A stretch of 32,000 nucleotides of DNA, taken from Microcystis aeruginosa NIES-2549. Its GTDB lineage: Bacteria > Cyanobacteriota > Cyanobacteriia > Cyanobacteriales > Microcystaceae. Where the stretch lies: positions 3,810,001 to 3,842,000 of the forward strand of contig NZ_CP011304.1 of the NCBI RefSeq assembly GCF_000981785.2, read 5' to 3'. Numbering within the stretch: position 1 is the first letter of the stretch; every line of letters starts with the position of its first letter. This document shows, piece by piece, positions 14,640-23,825 of the stretch. The translations under genes were made by a program, and so were the position numbers. The notes below the pieces were generated by a model. It was not told where the DNA came from. It saw only the letters and a list, made by a program, of their open reading frames with translations, and did not search any database.

Positions 14640-17600
14640 CTATAAATCCAATTGTTGGTGGGCGAGGTAATAGTACAACCCTTTTAAAGCCATTAAATCT
14701 TCATGGGTTCCCCGTTCCACCAAAAGACCTCGATCGAGAACCAGAATAGAATCGGCGTTGCGGACGGTAGAAAGACGATGGGCAATGATCAGGGTAGTGC
14801 GATCACGGGATAGACGAGCCAGATTGTCTTGAAAACGACGTTCCGATTCGGTATCGAGGGAACTGGTCGCCTCATCGAGGAGTAAAATTTTCGGATTACC
14901 TAACAGGGCCCTAGCGATGGCGATTCTTTGTCTCTGGCCGCCCGATAAATTCATCCCCCTTTCCCCCACCTTTGTATTGTAGCCGAGGGGGAGATTTTGA
15001 ATAAAAGCGTGAGCTTCGGCCAGTTTAGCCGCCTCTATCACCTCCTCTAAACTATATTCATGGCGATAAAGCCTGATATTGTCTAGAATCGTTCCCGAAA
15101 ACAGAAAACACTCCTGGGGAACAACTCCCATCTGGGCCCGCAAAGAAGTGGGCGAAACCTGAGTCAGATCATGTCCATCGATCCGAATAGTACCGCTATC
15201 GGGGTGATAGAGACTCTCTACCAGCTTGAATAGGGTACTTTTGCCCGAACCGCTGCGGCCGACCACCGCCACCGTCTCGCCTGGATTCACCGAGAAAGAA
15301 ATATTTTCCAAAACATTGCTCTCATCGCTGCTGTGGTAGCGGAAACTGACGGAATCGAAACAGATTTCACCGCGTAACCCCGGCAAAGTCAGCAGCGGGC
15401 GATCGCTAGTTTCTTCGGGGGTAGCGGAAAAAACATCGTCGAGACGTTCGATCGAGATTGTCACTTCCTGTAATTCATCCCAAAGATTGACCAGGCCCAA
15501 CACCGGACTGAGTACTTTACCGATCAACATATTAAAAGCGACGAACTGGCCGATGGTCAGTTGATTTTCAATCACCAGAGTGGCCCCGTACCAGAGTAAA
15601 GCGGTACTGCCAAGGGAGTGGATCGTGCCGCTGGCCGCCTGTAGATTAATTCCTAACTTTTGCCCCCGAAAACGGGCATTTAAAAAACCCGTCAGGTGTT
15701 CCTCCCAACGCCAGCGCAGTTCTCCCTCAGCGCCGAGGGATTTGACCGTGGCGATCCCGGATATGGTCTCGACGAGGGAAGAATTTTGTTGGGCTGCCTC
15801 GTTAAAGACCTCCCGGGATACCTGACGCAGGAAAGGGGTAGCAAATATAGTCAGCAAAGCGATGGGTGGGATTAAAGCGATAACCAGTAGGGTTAACTGC
15901 CAATTGTAGAAAAACATTAAACCCAGATAGACGAATCCCATCAAAAAATCTAGCCAAGCTAGGATGACCTGACTGACTAAAAAACGCTGGATTTTTTCAT
16001 TTTCGTTGACCCGGGTGATGATATCGCCCACATGACGGGATTCAAAGAATTTTAGGGGTAATTTGAGGGCGTGGCCGATAAAACCGCTAATCATTGTCAA
16101 GTCGAGACGGTTGGAGAGATAACTCAACCAATACTGGCGAATTGCCACCAGTCCCACACTCCAGAGTCCAAAAAGTAACACCCCGAGGGCAAAGACGTTA
16201 AGGGTGGAAAGGCTTCGATTGACCACCACTTTATCAAGGATAATCTGGGTAAATAGGGGCGTGATCAGGCCAAATAATTGAATTAACAAGGAAATCAGAA
16301 TTATCTGTAAGCCTAGGCCCCGGTAGGGGGACAAAAGCTGGAAAAAACGCTTAAAAGAGGGTTTATCGGTGGCGATTGTTCCTAAAATTGCCGTCGGTTC
16401 TAGCAAGAGAGCGTAACCCGTCCATCCCTGTAAAAATTGCTGACGGGAATAATAACGCTTACCTTGGGCGGGATCGGCCACTAATAGGCGATCGCCGCTG
16501 ACTGGATAGACGACAACAAAATGATCCCCCTGCCAGTGCGCTATCCAGGGATTTTTCTGTTCAAGAAGACGATTTAAACTGGCACGCACCGGTCGAGACT
16601 GATAACCGAGGGTTTCCGCCGTTTTTGCCAAATTTTTCAGGGATACGCCCGATCGCCCCACTCCCGCCAATTCCCTCAAGCTATTCAAACTCAAGCGTTT
16701 TCCCCAGTAAAGGCTAATCATTGCCAGACAGGTGGCCCCGCAATCGGCGGCACTTTGTTGTTCTAGCCAAGGATATTTCTGCCCGAAACGGAACCGCCGT
16801 TTTAAGGGTTTGGGAAAATCAACGGGCTGATTTTGGCTGGTAGGAGGACGCAGGGGGATAACATTGGACTTAGGGGCGGGATTAACTAGAATTTCAGCCC
16901 TTTTTTCCCGATTAATATCTTTTTTTTCAGCGGTTTCGGCAGGCAGATAGTATAAAACTACGTCGGTCGCCGTCACCCTGGCCGGAGGCGAGGAGGTGGT
17001 ATTATCCCAACTGTCACCGATGCTCATCCCCTCGATCTGTCCTTGCCGCAACCAATAGCGTCCTTTGGGAAGATGATCGAGAGTTTCCTGGGCCTGGAGC
17101 GATTTTTCCTGTAAATAGGGCAGAAAACTGCTAATTTTTGCACTAGATTCTGATTGGCAATCCGTTAGGGTTTTGAAAAAAATTAAGGTTTGGGTGTGTT
17201 TTATTTTCGAGTGCCACGCTTGTTGTAATTCGGGCAACGATTCTAAGAATTGCAGCAGCATCGGACGGGAAAGACGGGCTACAGTTACCTGACTGGCGGC
17301 AATCGGCGAGTAGAGAAGACTATCTTTAATAAATAGCGAATCTGCTCCGAAAACATCCCCTACTGTCAAGATTCCCCCAGATAGCCAACGTTTGTTACCT
17401 TGACCCAGTAATCGAACCCTTCCCTGACAGATCAAGTAAAAATCCTCGTTATTTTCCCTCCCCCCTCTCGCTTCGGGATCGCTATTGATACTATCTCCCA
17501 ATGAGAAATTAATCACTTGAAAAGACTCGCTCAAGGATTCTAGCAATTCGTTTTTATCTGGGGCAATTTTAGCCTGTTGTTGCAGTAAAGCTTTGATTTG

Positions 17601-17660
17601 AGAAGACTTTAAGGAAGTATCTTCCTTCTCGTTCCCCTGGGTCGTTAAGGGTTTTTTCAT
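14640..17660 (-). CDS. HetC-like ABC exporter: cNMP-binding-like N-terminus + C39 peptidase + ABC TMD + ATPase
   Basis: 1006-aa ORF. Cyclic-nucleotide-binding-like region (FYLICQGRVRLLGQG...GDVFGADSLF). C39 triad context (QQSAADCGATCL, GDHFVVVY, VADPA). Six-helix TMD. Walker A GRSGSGKST, signature LSGGQRQR, Walker B ILLLDEATS. Confidence 0.92.
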   Translation of the reverse strand: MKKPLTTQGNEKEDTSLKSSQIKALLQQQAKIAPDKNELLESLSESFQVINFSLGDSINSDPEARGGRENNEDFYLICQGRVRLLGQGNKRWLSGGILTVGDVFGADSLFIKDSLLYSPIAASQVTVARLSRPMLLQFLESLPELQQAWHSKIKHTQTLIFFKTLTDCQSESSAKISSFLPYLQEKSLQAQETLDHLPKGRYWLRQGQIEGMSIGDSWDNTTSSPPARVTATDVVLYYLPAETAEKKDINREKRAEILVNPAPKSNVIPLRPPTSQNQPVDFPKPLKRRFRFGQKYPWLEQQSAADCGATCLAMISLYWGKRLSLNSLRELAGVGRSGVSLKNLAKTAETLGYQSRPVRASLNRLLEQKNPWIAHWQGDHFVVVYPVSGDRLLVADPAQGKRYYSRQQFLQGWTGYALLLEPTAILGTIATDKPSFKRFFQLLSPYRGLGLQIILISLLIQLFGLITPLFTQIILDKVVVNRSLSTLNVFALGVLLFGLWSVGLVAIRQYWLSYLSNRLDLTMISGFIGHALKLPLKFFESRHVGDIITRVNENEKIQRFLVSQVILAWLDFLMGFVYLGLMFFYNWQLTLLVIALIPPIALLTIFATPFLRQVSREVFNEAAQQNSSLVETISGIATVKSLGAEGELRWRWEEHLTGFLNARFRGQKLGINLQAASGTIHSLGSTALLWYGATLVIENQLTIGQFVAFNMLIGKVLSPVLGLVNLWDELQEVTISIERLDDVFSATPEETSDRPLLTLPGLRGEICFDSVSFRYHSSDESNVLENISFSVNPGETVAVVGRSGSGKSTLFKLVESLYHPDSGTIRIDGHDLTQVSPTSLRAQMGVVPQECFLFSGTILDNIRLYRHEYSLEEVIEAAKLAEAHAFIQNLPLGYNTKVGERGMNLSGGQRQRIAIARALLGNPKILLLDEATSSLDTESERRFQDNLARLSRDRTTLIIAHRLSTVRNADSILVLDRGLLVERGTHEDLMALKGLYYYLAHQQLDL

Positions 17661-18178
17661 GATATTAATCAGACCAAACAGACTAAATGTATTACTTTAA
17701 AATCAGTGAGGATTAAGGATTTACTCTAACCCCCACCACTGATCTTGCCTATCCCAACCCCAATCCTAGCCAAATCGAGGGAAAACTCACCTAGAAAAGA
17801 GGCATTATATCCATGATCGGTGATCAACTTTTCCTAAAAATGCCAATTTGCCAAATTCTTAGGCCAGTTTTTCCAGGAGAGCTAGACACTACCTTGCATC
17901 AAGCTAATCTGGAACTTATCGGAAGCGATAAATTCTGAGAATTTTCATCCAGTCTTTTCTTGCTATTTCTACCCCACCTAGATCGATTTCTTGATTGCTG
18001 TTTTTTAGTCGATATCATTTCGTCCCATCTAATCCTCGATTTTGCTCACCCTCTTTGATGATTACTTGGTTGCTAAGCTGTTCGTAATTTAAATTGCTTG
18101 TTGAGACGGGGCAAGGGGCAAAAGTAAATGAATGGGAGCAGATTCGGCTAATCTAAGAATAAGCGGTTTATATACCTC

Positions 18179-18289
18179 TTAGCTGATCTTCAAATCATTA
18201 ATATCTTTTTGCAGAGTTTCGATTTTACCCTCGATCCTTGTCAGGACAGATTCAAGGGAATAGGTAACAGTTTCACCAGTTTGATTCAT
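18179..18289 (-). CDS. possible 36-aa coiled-coil micro-ORF or N-terminal gene remnant
   Basis: MNQTGETVTYSLESVLTRIEGKIETLQKDINDLKIS*. AGGA sits 9 nt upstream. Heptad-like pattern. No further support. Confidence 0.2.
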   Translation of the reverse strand: MNQTGETVTYSLESVLTRIEGKIETLQKDINDLKIS

Positions 18290-18370
18290 TGGTTAAAATC
18301 CTGAGCTAAAATTTGATCGCTAATTGTTTGCTCTCATCTGAACCGAATTCTTAAATCTTACTGAAATCGC

Positions 18371-19012
18371 CTAAAATTGACTGAAAGTGTTGGCTAATTT
18401 ATCAGCAATTCCCTCGATCCAAATTTCATCTTGTTTAGTATAACTGCGCGGTGCATTTGCCGCCAAAATTAACACCCCTTCCTTCCCGATGGGTTGACAG
18501 ATTAAGCCTTGGGTGTTTTCTGGCAAATAGTCAAACTCGATTTTAGCGGGATATAAATTTAAATTAACTAAATAAACGGCCTTACCCGTTTCTAAAACTC
18601 TTTTGATAATATTACTAACTTTAACTTCAGAATTCTGGCTTAAGATACCGCGACGTAATAAAACCTTTCCCCGATAATAAACGATTAGAGATTTTGTCAC
18701 GGTGTTGGTTAAAAGTAAATGGGAGGCCCAAGCAAGCTCAATTTTAACCGGTTCTGGCAAATCTGGGGCAAATTCCAGACCTTCGCGCCCGATTAATTCC
18801 ACAGCATCTGGTAAGCGGGGTTGAACTCTTTGCCAGATTAAACCCACCAAAATTAAAACCCCACTCAAAATCACTCCCATCACATCGGAACGCGCTTGCG
18901 ATGGGGTTAAATCGGCAGTGGCAAAACGATTAAACATTAATACCGTACCCCCGACGATGCCGGCGAACAGGGGTAACAGTCTTAAAATACGATTGGGATC
19001 AGCTGGTGCCAT
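18371..19012 (-). CDS. two-TM membrane protein with GAF-like C-terminal domain; possibly CCB2/CCB4-type (DUF2930) cofactor assembly of complex C protein
   Basis: 213-aa ORF with two N-terminal helices (LLPLFAGIVGGTVLMF; VMGVILSGVLILVGLIW) followed by a soluble domain. The family call is from memory of the LTPSQ.RSDV...W.R..P pattern. Confidence 0.4.
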   Translation of the reverse strand: MAPADPNRILRLLPLFAGIVGGTVLMFNRFATADLTPSQARSDVMGVILSGVLILVGLIWQRVQPRLPDAVELIGREGLEFAPDLPEPVKIELAWASHLLLTNTVTKSLIVYYRGKVLLRRGILSQNSEVKVSNIIKRVLETGKAVYLVNLNLYPAKIEFDYLPENTQGLICQPIGKEGVLILAANAPRSYTKQDEIWIEGIADKLANTFSQF

Positions 19013-19021
19013 AGCTGAGAA

Positions 19022-19762
19022 CTATTCCTCGTCTGGTTCTAGAATCCGTTGAAAAAGATAGCCTGTACCTCTAGCGGTGAGAATTAACTCAGGATTACTG
19101 GGATCATCCTCTAATTTGGCTCGTAAACGGGAAATATGCACATCTACCACCCGCGTATCCACATGACGTTCGGGGGTATAACCCCAAACTTCCTGAAGGA
19201 TTTCCGAGCGGGAAAAAGCTTCTCCCGAGCGACTGACCAATAATTCTAGTAAACTAAATTCCATACCGGTCAGACGGATGCGTTCATCCCCCTTATAAAC
19301 TTGGCGTTTATTGGTATCGATTTTAATGGAACCGATATGAATCACACCGGAACTGGGAATCCCCGGAGCGCCATTTTTCTCCACCCGACGCAACACCGAA
19401 CGAATCCGCGCTTCGAGTTCTTTGGGAGAAAAAGGTTTAACCACATAGTCATCGGCGCCCAATTCTAGCCCGGTAATTCGATCGGCCACATCGCCCAAAG
19501 CGGTTAACATAATGATAGGAATATCCGATTCTTTGCGGAGTTCCTGACAGACACCGTAACCGTCTAATTTCGGCATCATCACATCCAAAACCACTAAATC
19601 GGGTTCGGCGGTGCGGAAGGTTTCTAAAGCTTCCTCTCCGTCGGCGGCGGTGACGACTTCATAACCAATCATCGACAAACGAGTCTCTAAGATACGACGG
19701 ATGCTGGCTTCATCATCAACAACGAGAATTTTTTCCTTCTGGTTCTCCAACTGACTTAACAC
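19022..19762 (-). CDS. rpaB: OmpR-family response regulator RpaB (Ycf27)
   Basis: 246 aa. KILVVDDEASIRRILETRLSMIGYEVVTAADGEEALETF...DLVVLDVMMPKLDGYGVCQELRKESDIPIIMLTALGDVADRITGLELGADDYVVKPFSPKELEARI plus a winged-helix C-terminus. Confidence 0.9.
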   Translation of the reverse strand: MLSQLENQKEKILVVDDEASIRRILETRLSMIGYEVVTAADGEEALETFRTAEPDLVVLDVMMPKLDGYGVCQELRKESDIPIIMLTALGDVADRITGLELGADDYVVKPFSPKELEARIRSVLRRVEKNGAPGIPSSGVIHIGSIKIDTNKRQVYKGDERIRLTGMEFSLLELLVSRSGEAFSRSEILQEVWGYTPERHVDTRVVDVHISRLRAKLEDDPSNPELILTARGTGYLFQRILEPDEE

Positions 19763-19983
19763 TCCTTAGTTAAATAGTGTGATGAATTTTAAAGTTAAAT
19801 AACGAGCGTTCCTGTTTATAGAATATCCTTTGGCCGTTATCATTAAGCCTAAATTTCTTATTTTATTTCTTTTATGGCAATTATCAATAACTTTATCGTC
19901 TTCCTTCCCCTTTATCATACTTAACTAAATTTGACAAGAGAATTGATCCTCAAACCGCTTTTCTTCAACTTTTCTTAAAAAAC

Positions 19984-21510
19984 ATGGCGAAATCGCGAAC
20001 AATATATATCTGTAGTGCTTGTGGGGCGGAATCTCCCCAATGGTTGGGAAAATGCCCCAGTTGTGACACCTACGGGACTTTAGAAGAACAAGTGGTAGCT
20101 GGTGGCAATAATCCGGCGGTAAATCGCCCAGGATGGCAAAATAGTCGCCCAAATAACGGCAAAGGGCAACGCAACCCCCAACCGCGCATCTCGGTTCGCT
20201 TCTCGGAAATTACCCAGTATGAACAGGAACGTTTTCCCTCCGGTTACGGGGAATTCGATCGCGTTCTCGGTGGCGGCATTGTCCCCGGTTCTCTTGTACT
20301 AATCGGTGGCGATCCGGGCATCGGCAAATCGACGCTTTTACTGCAAGTTACCAACCAACTCGCCCAAAGATTACCGCGCATCCTCTACGTTTCCGCCGAG
20401 GAATCGGGACAACAGATTAAACTGCGGGCTGCCCGTTTGGGGGTGGGAGTGGTTCCCGTGGAGTCGGAAAATAACGGCAATGGCAAGGAAAAAAAAGCCT
20501 CTGAATCAACCCCAGAACTCGATAATCATCTCTACGTTCTGCCAGAAACCGATTTAGAGGAAATTTTGCGAGAATTAGAATCTTTACGCCCACAGGTAGC
20601 GGTAATTGATAGTATTCAAACTCTTTATTTTGGGGCCTTAACTTCCGCACCGGGATCTGTCGCCCAAGTTCGCGAATGTACCTCCGCCTTGATGCAAGTG
20701 GCAAAACGGGAGAATATTACTTTATTAATTGTCGGTCATGTGACTAAAGAAGGGGCGATCGCAGGTCCGCGAGTTTTGGAACATTTGGTCGATACGGTGT
20801 TATATTTTGAAGGCGATCGCTATGCCTCCCATCGTCTCTTAAGATCCGTGAAAAACCGTTTTGGGGCCACCCATGAGATCGGTATTTTTGAGATGGTGGA
20901 TCACGGTTTGGTGGAAGTGGAAAACCCCTCGGAATTGTTTTTAGGCAATCGCGATGAATTTTCCCCGGGTACGGCGACGGTGGTAGCCTGTGAAGGTACA
21001 CGCCCGATTGTGGTGGAGTTACAGGCATTAGTTAGCCCCACCAGCTACGCTTCCCCGCGAAGATCGACCACGGGGATAGAATACAACCGATTACAGCAAA
21101 TTCTCGCCGTTTTAGAAAAACGCGTCGGTATTCCTTTATCGAAATTAGATGCCTATGTTGCCTCCGCAGGAGGGTTGGGAGTGGAAGAACCGGCGGCGGA
21201 TCTGGGAGTTGCGATCGCTATTGTCGCCAGTTTTCGCGATCGAGTCGTGGATCCGCGCACAGTTTTAATCGGGGAAGTGGGATTAGGCGGACAAGTGCGC
21301 TTGGTGTCGCAAATGGAACTAAGATTAAAGGAAGCGGCGAAATTGGGCTTTAAACGGGCGATTGTCCCCAGAGGTCAAGTTTATCCCGAAGATGTGGGCT
21401 TAGAAATTGTCCCAGTTGGCAAGGTAATCGAGGCAATTGTCGCCGCAATTCCCCCCCAGCAGCGCTTTGGGGAAGATATGGAAGACGAGGAAGGGGAAGG
21501 GCAAGAATAA
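19984..21510 (+). CDS. radA: DNA repair protein RadA/Sms
   Basis: 508 aa. N-terminal C4 zinc finger (CSACGAESPQWLGKCPSC), Walker A GGDPGIGKST, KNRFG motif, and a Lon-protease-like C-terminal domain. Confidence 0.95.
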   Translation: MAKSRTIYICSACGAESPQWLGKCPSCDTYGTLEEQVVAGGNNPAVNRPGWQNSRPNNGKGQRNPQPRISVRFSEITQYEQERFPSGYGEFDRVLGGGIVPGSLVLIGGDPGIGKSTLLLQVTNQLAQRLPRILYVSAEESGQQIKLRAARLGVGVVPVESENNGNGKEKKASESTPELDNHLYVLPETDLEEILRELESLRPQVAVIDSIQTLYFGALTSAPGSVAQVRECTSALMQVAKRENITLLIVGHVTKEGAIAGPRVLEHLVDTVLYFEGDRYASHRLLRSVKNRFGATHEIGIFEMVDHGLVEVENPSELFLGNRDEFSPGTATVVACEGTRPIVVELQALVSPTSYASPRRSTTGIEYNRLQQILAVLEKRVGIPLSKLDAYVASAGGLGVEEPAADLGVAIAIVASFRDRVVDPRTVLIGEVGLGGQVRLVSQMELRLKEAAKLGFKRAIVPRGQVYPEDVGLEIVPVGKVIEAIVAAIPPQQRFGEDMEDEEGEGQE

Positions 21511-21555
21511 CGGTACAATGCTAAAAAAGATTAAATTACTTGGGAGATTTTCACC

Positions 21556-21657
21556 ATGTCTGTGTTAGCTGTTGCTGCTTTAGCGGGTTATCTGATCGTT
21601 TTTACCGGAATTGCCCTCGGTCTCTTTTTCGGTCTGCGCGCCGCTAAAATTATCTAG
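21556..21657 (+). CDS. petL: cytochrome b6-f complex subunit PetL (33 aa; absent from ORF track)
   Basis: ATG at 21556 with GGGAGA 9 nt upstream. MSVLAVAALAGYLIVFTGIALGLFFGLRAAKII* is a single TM helix with the G.LFGLR.AK(I/L)I ending typical of PetL. Confidence 0.7.
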   Translation: MSVLAVAALAGYLIVFTGIALGLFFGLRAAKII

Positions 21658-21729
21658 TATATAAACAGTAAAAAAGCTCTAGTGATCGATTTAACCGGTC
21701 ACTATTGCCTATTGTAGGGGAGATAAAAA

Positions 21730-22185
21730 ATGACTGTTATTCCCGACTTAAAAACTCTCTACGAGATTGATGATTCTCTCTGGTTAGAAGAAACTATCGA
21801 ACTCTTGAAAGCGAAAAAATTTGACGCTTTAGATTTAGACAATTTAATCGAGGAGTTAGAAGACTTGGGAAACGAAAAAAGGTTTCGTGTTGCTAGTTTT
21901 TTACAGCAAATTATTAGACATTGTTTATTATTACAGTTTTGGACAAGGGAAAGAGAATATAATCAGGCTCATTGGCAAGCAGAGATAATAAGTTTTCAAT
22001 ATCAGTTAAAGCGCTATTTAACCACAAATCTTCGCAAATATCTAGAACAGGAATTTGAGCAAATTTACTTTGAGTCCCTGCAATACGTTCGTAAAAAAAC
22101 TGATAATAAAGTCAACTTTCCTGATATTTGTCCCTACAGTTTAGAAGAACTTCTCGATCCTAATTGGCTACCACCTTACGAATAA
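21730..22185 (+). CDS. DUF29 family protein, array copy 1
   Basis: 151 aa. LYEIDDSLWLEETIELLKAKKFDALDLDNLIEELEDLGNEK...RH.LLLQFW....HW..EI pattern of DUF29. GGGGAGA SD. Confidence 0.8.
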   Translation: MTVIPDLKTLYEIDDSLWLEETIELLKAKKFDALDLDNLIEELEDLGNEKRFRVASFLQQIIRHCLLLQFWTREREYNQAHWQAEIISFQYQLKRYLTTNLRKYLEQEFEQIYFESLQYVRKKTDNKVNFPDICPYSLEELLDPNWLPPYE

Positions 22186-22196
22186 AGGAGATGATA

Positions 22197-22652
22197 ATGA
22201 CTGTTATTCCTGACTTAAAAATTCTCTACGAAATTGATGATTCCCTCTGGTTAGCAGAAACTATAGAACTGCTCAAGGCTAAAAAATTTGACGATTTAGA
22301 CTTAGACAATTTAATCGAGGAGTTAGAAGACTTGGGAAACGAAAAAAAGTTTCGTGTTGCTAGTTTTTTACAGCAAATTATTCGTCATGCTTTGTTACTG
22401 CAATTTTGGACAAGGGAAAGAGAATATAATCAAAGTCATTGGGAATCAGAACTGGTAAATTTTCAAGATCAATTAAATACCTACCTAACGGCAAGTTTAC
22501 GGAAATATTTAGAACAAGAATTTGATAATATTTATCAGAAGGCACTCCGTTATGTGAGAAAAAAGACCAACAATCAAGTCATTTTTCCCGATACTTGTCC
22601 CTACAGTTTAGAAGAACTTCTCGATCCTAATTGGCTGCCACCTTACGAATAA
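22197..22652 (+). CDS. DUF29 family protein, array copy 2
   Basis: Start chosen at ATGACTGTT (MTVIPDLK), 6 nt after AAGGAG, by homology to copy 1. The track's upstream extension MATTLRIKEMI overlaps the end of the previous gene. Confidence 0.8.
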   Translation: MTVIPDLKILYEIDDSLWLAETIELLKAKKFDDLDLDNLIEELEDLGNEKKFRVASFLQQIIRHALLLQFWTREREYNQSHWESELVNFQDQLNTYLTASLRKYLEQEFDNIYQKALRYVRKKTNNQVIFPDTCPYSLEELLDPNWLPPYE

Positions 22653-22663
22653 AGGAGATGATA

Positions 22664-23119
22664 ATGACTGTTATTCCCGACTTAAAAACTATCTACGAGA
22701 TTGATGATTCCCTCTGGTTAGCAGAAACTATAGAACTGCTCAAGGCTAAAAAATTTGACGCTTTAGACTTAGAAAACTTAATCGGGGAGTTAGAAGACTT
22801 GGGAAACGAAAAAAAGTTTCGTGTTGCTAGTTTATTAGAGCAAATTATTAGACATTTTTTACTCCTACAGTTTTGGACAAAGGAAAGAGCATATAATCAG
22901 GATCACTGGGAGTTAGAAATAGTCAACTTTCAAATTCAGCTAAAAAGAGGCTTAACCACCAATCTCCGTAATTATTTACAAAATGAATTAACCAACATTT
23001 ATGAAGATGCAGTTTTCTTTGTGCGGAAAAAGACAAAGAATAAAGTTATTTTCCCTGATACTTGTCCCTACAGTTTAGAAGAACTTCTCGATCCTAATTG
23101 GCTGCCACCTTACGAATAA
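22664..23119 (+). CDS. DUF29 family protein, array copy 3
   Basis: Same junction TAAAGGAGATGATAATGACTGTT; 151 aa. Confidence 0.8.
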   Translation: MTVIPDLKTIYEIDDSLWLAETIELLKAKKFDALDLENLIGELEDLGNEKKFRVASLLEQIIRHFLLLQFWTKERAYNQDHWELEIVNFQIQLKRGLTTNLRNYLQNELTNIYEDAVFFVRKKTKNKVIFPDTCPYSLEELLDPNWLPPYE

Positions 23120-23130
23120 AGGAGATGATA

Positions 23131-23586
23131 ATGACTGTTATTCCCGACTTAAAAACTATCTACGAGATTGATGATTCTCTCTGGTTGGAAGAAACCATCG
23201 AACTTTTGAAAGCAAAAAAATTTGACGCTTTAGATTTAGAGAATTTAATCGAGGAGTTAGAAGATTTGGGAAACGAGAAGAAGTTTCGTGTTGCCAGTTT
23301 TTTACAGCAAATTATCAGACATTGTTTATTATTACAATTTTGGCCAAGGGAAAGAGAATATAATCAAGGTCATTGGAAAGCAGAGATCGTGAGTTTTAAA
23401 GATCAACTAAAACGTTATTTAACCACGAATCTTCGTAAATATCTGGAGCAAGAATTTGATAATATCTATGAAGATGCAGTGCGATACGTTCGTCAAAAAA
23501 CCGATAATAAAGTCAACTTTCCTGATATTTGTCCCTACAGTTTAGAAGAACTTCTCGATCCTAATTGGCTACCACCTTACGAATAA
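23131..23586 (+). CDS. DUF29 family protein, array copy 4
   Basis: Same junction; 151 aa. Confidence 0.8.
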   Translation: MTVIPDLKTIYEIDDSLWLEETIELLKAKKFDALDLENLIEELEDLGNEKKFRVASFLQQIIRHCLLLQFWPREREYNQGHWKAEIVSFKDQLKRYLTTNLRKYLEQEFDNIYEDAVRYVRQKTDNKVNFPDICPYSLEELLDPNWLPPYE

Positions 23587-23597
23587 AGGAGATGATA

Positions 23598-23678
23598 ATG
23601 ACTGTTATTCCCGACTTAAAAATTCTCTACGAAAAGGATTTCGGTTTGTTATCACTCTTAGAATCTTCTCAGCAGTGA
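23598..23678 (+). pseudogene. truncated fifth DUF29 copy (first ~12 codons only)
   Basis: The identical junction plus ATGACTGTTATTCCCGACTTAAAAATTCTCTACGAA. Homology then ends, with a stop after 26 codons (MTVIPDLKILYEKDFGLLSLLESSQQ*). Confidence 0.75.
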
Positions 23679-23825
23679 ACAGTAGGTTAACTCAGTTCTG
23701 GATTAAAACGAAATCCTCAGAGCCTATCGCTTTAAAATCCCGATTTTTTAGCCTCATTTTGTCAACTGGGTTTTTAAGATTAGATTGACAGTGAATCACA
23801 CTATTAAAAAAGGATTTGGCATCAG

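Noticed and set aside
15580-15825. Plus-strand ORF inside the ABC gene
   Set aside because: It is antisense to a strongly supported CDS.
19925-21028. ORFs 19925-20152(-), 20306-20557(+), 20417-20704(-), 20744-21028(-)
   Set aside because: They overlap radA in other frames or strands. radA motifs are unambiguous.
22164-23130. N-terminal extensions MATTLRIKEMI / MAATLRIKEMI on DUF29 copies 2-4
   Set aside because: The extension is the out-of-frame read of the previous gene's last codons. Copy 1 and the AAGGAG-N6-ATG context support MTVIPDLK as the true start.
21730-23678. CRISPR-like reading of the periodic array
   Set aside because: The period is 467 bp and each unit is a complete protein-coding gene. 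There is no short repeat/spacer structure anywhere in the window.
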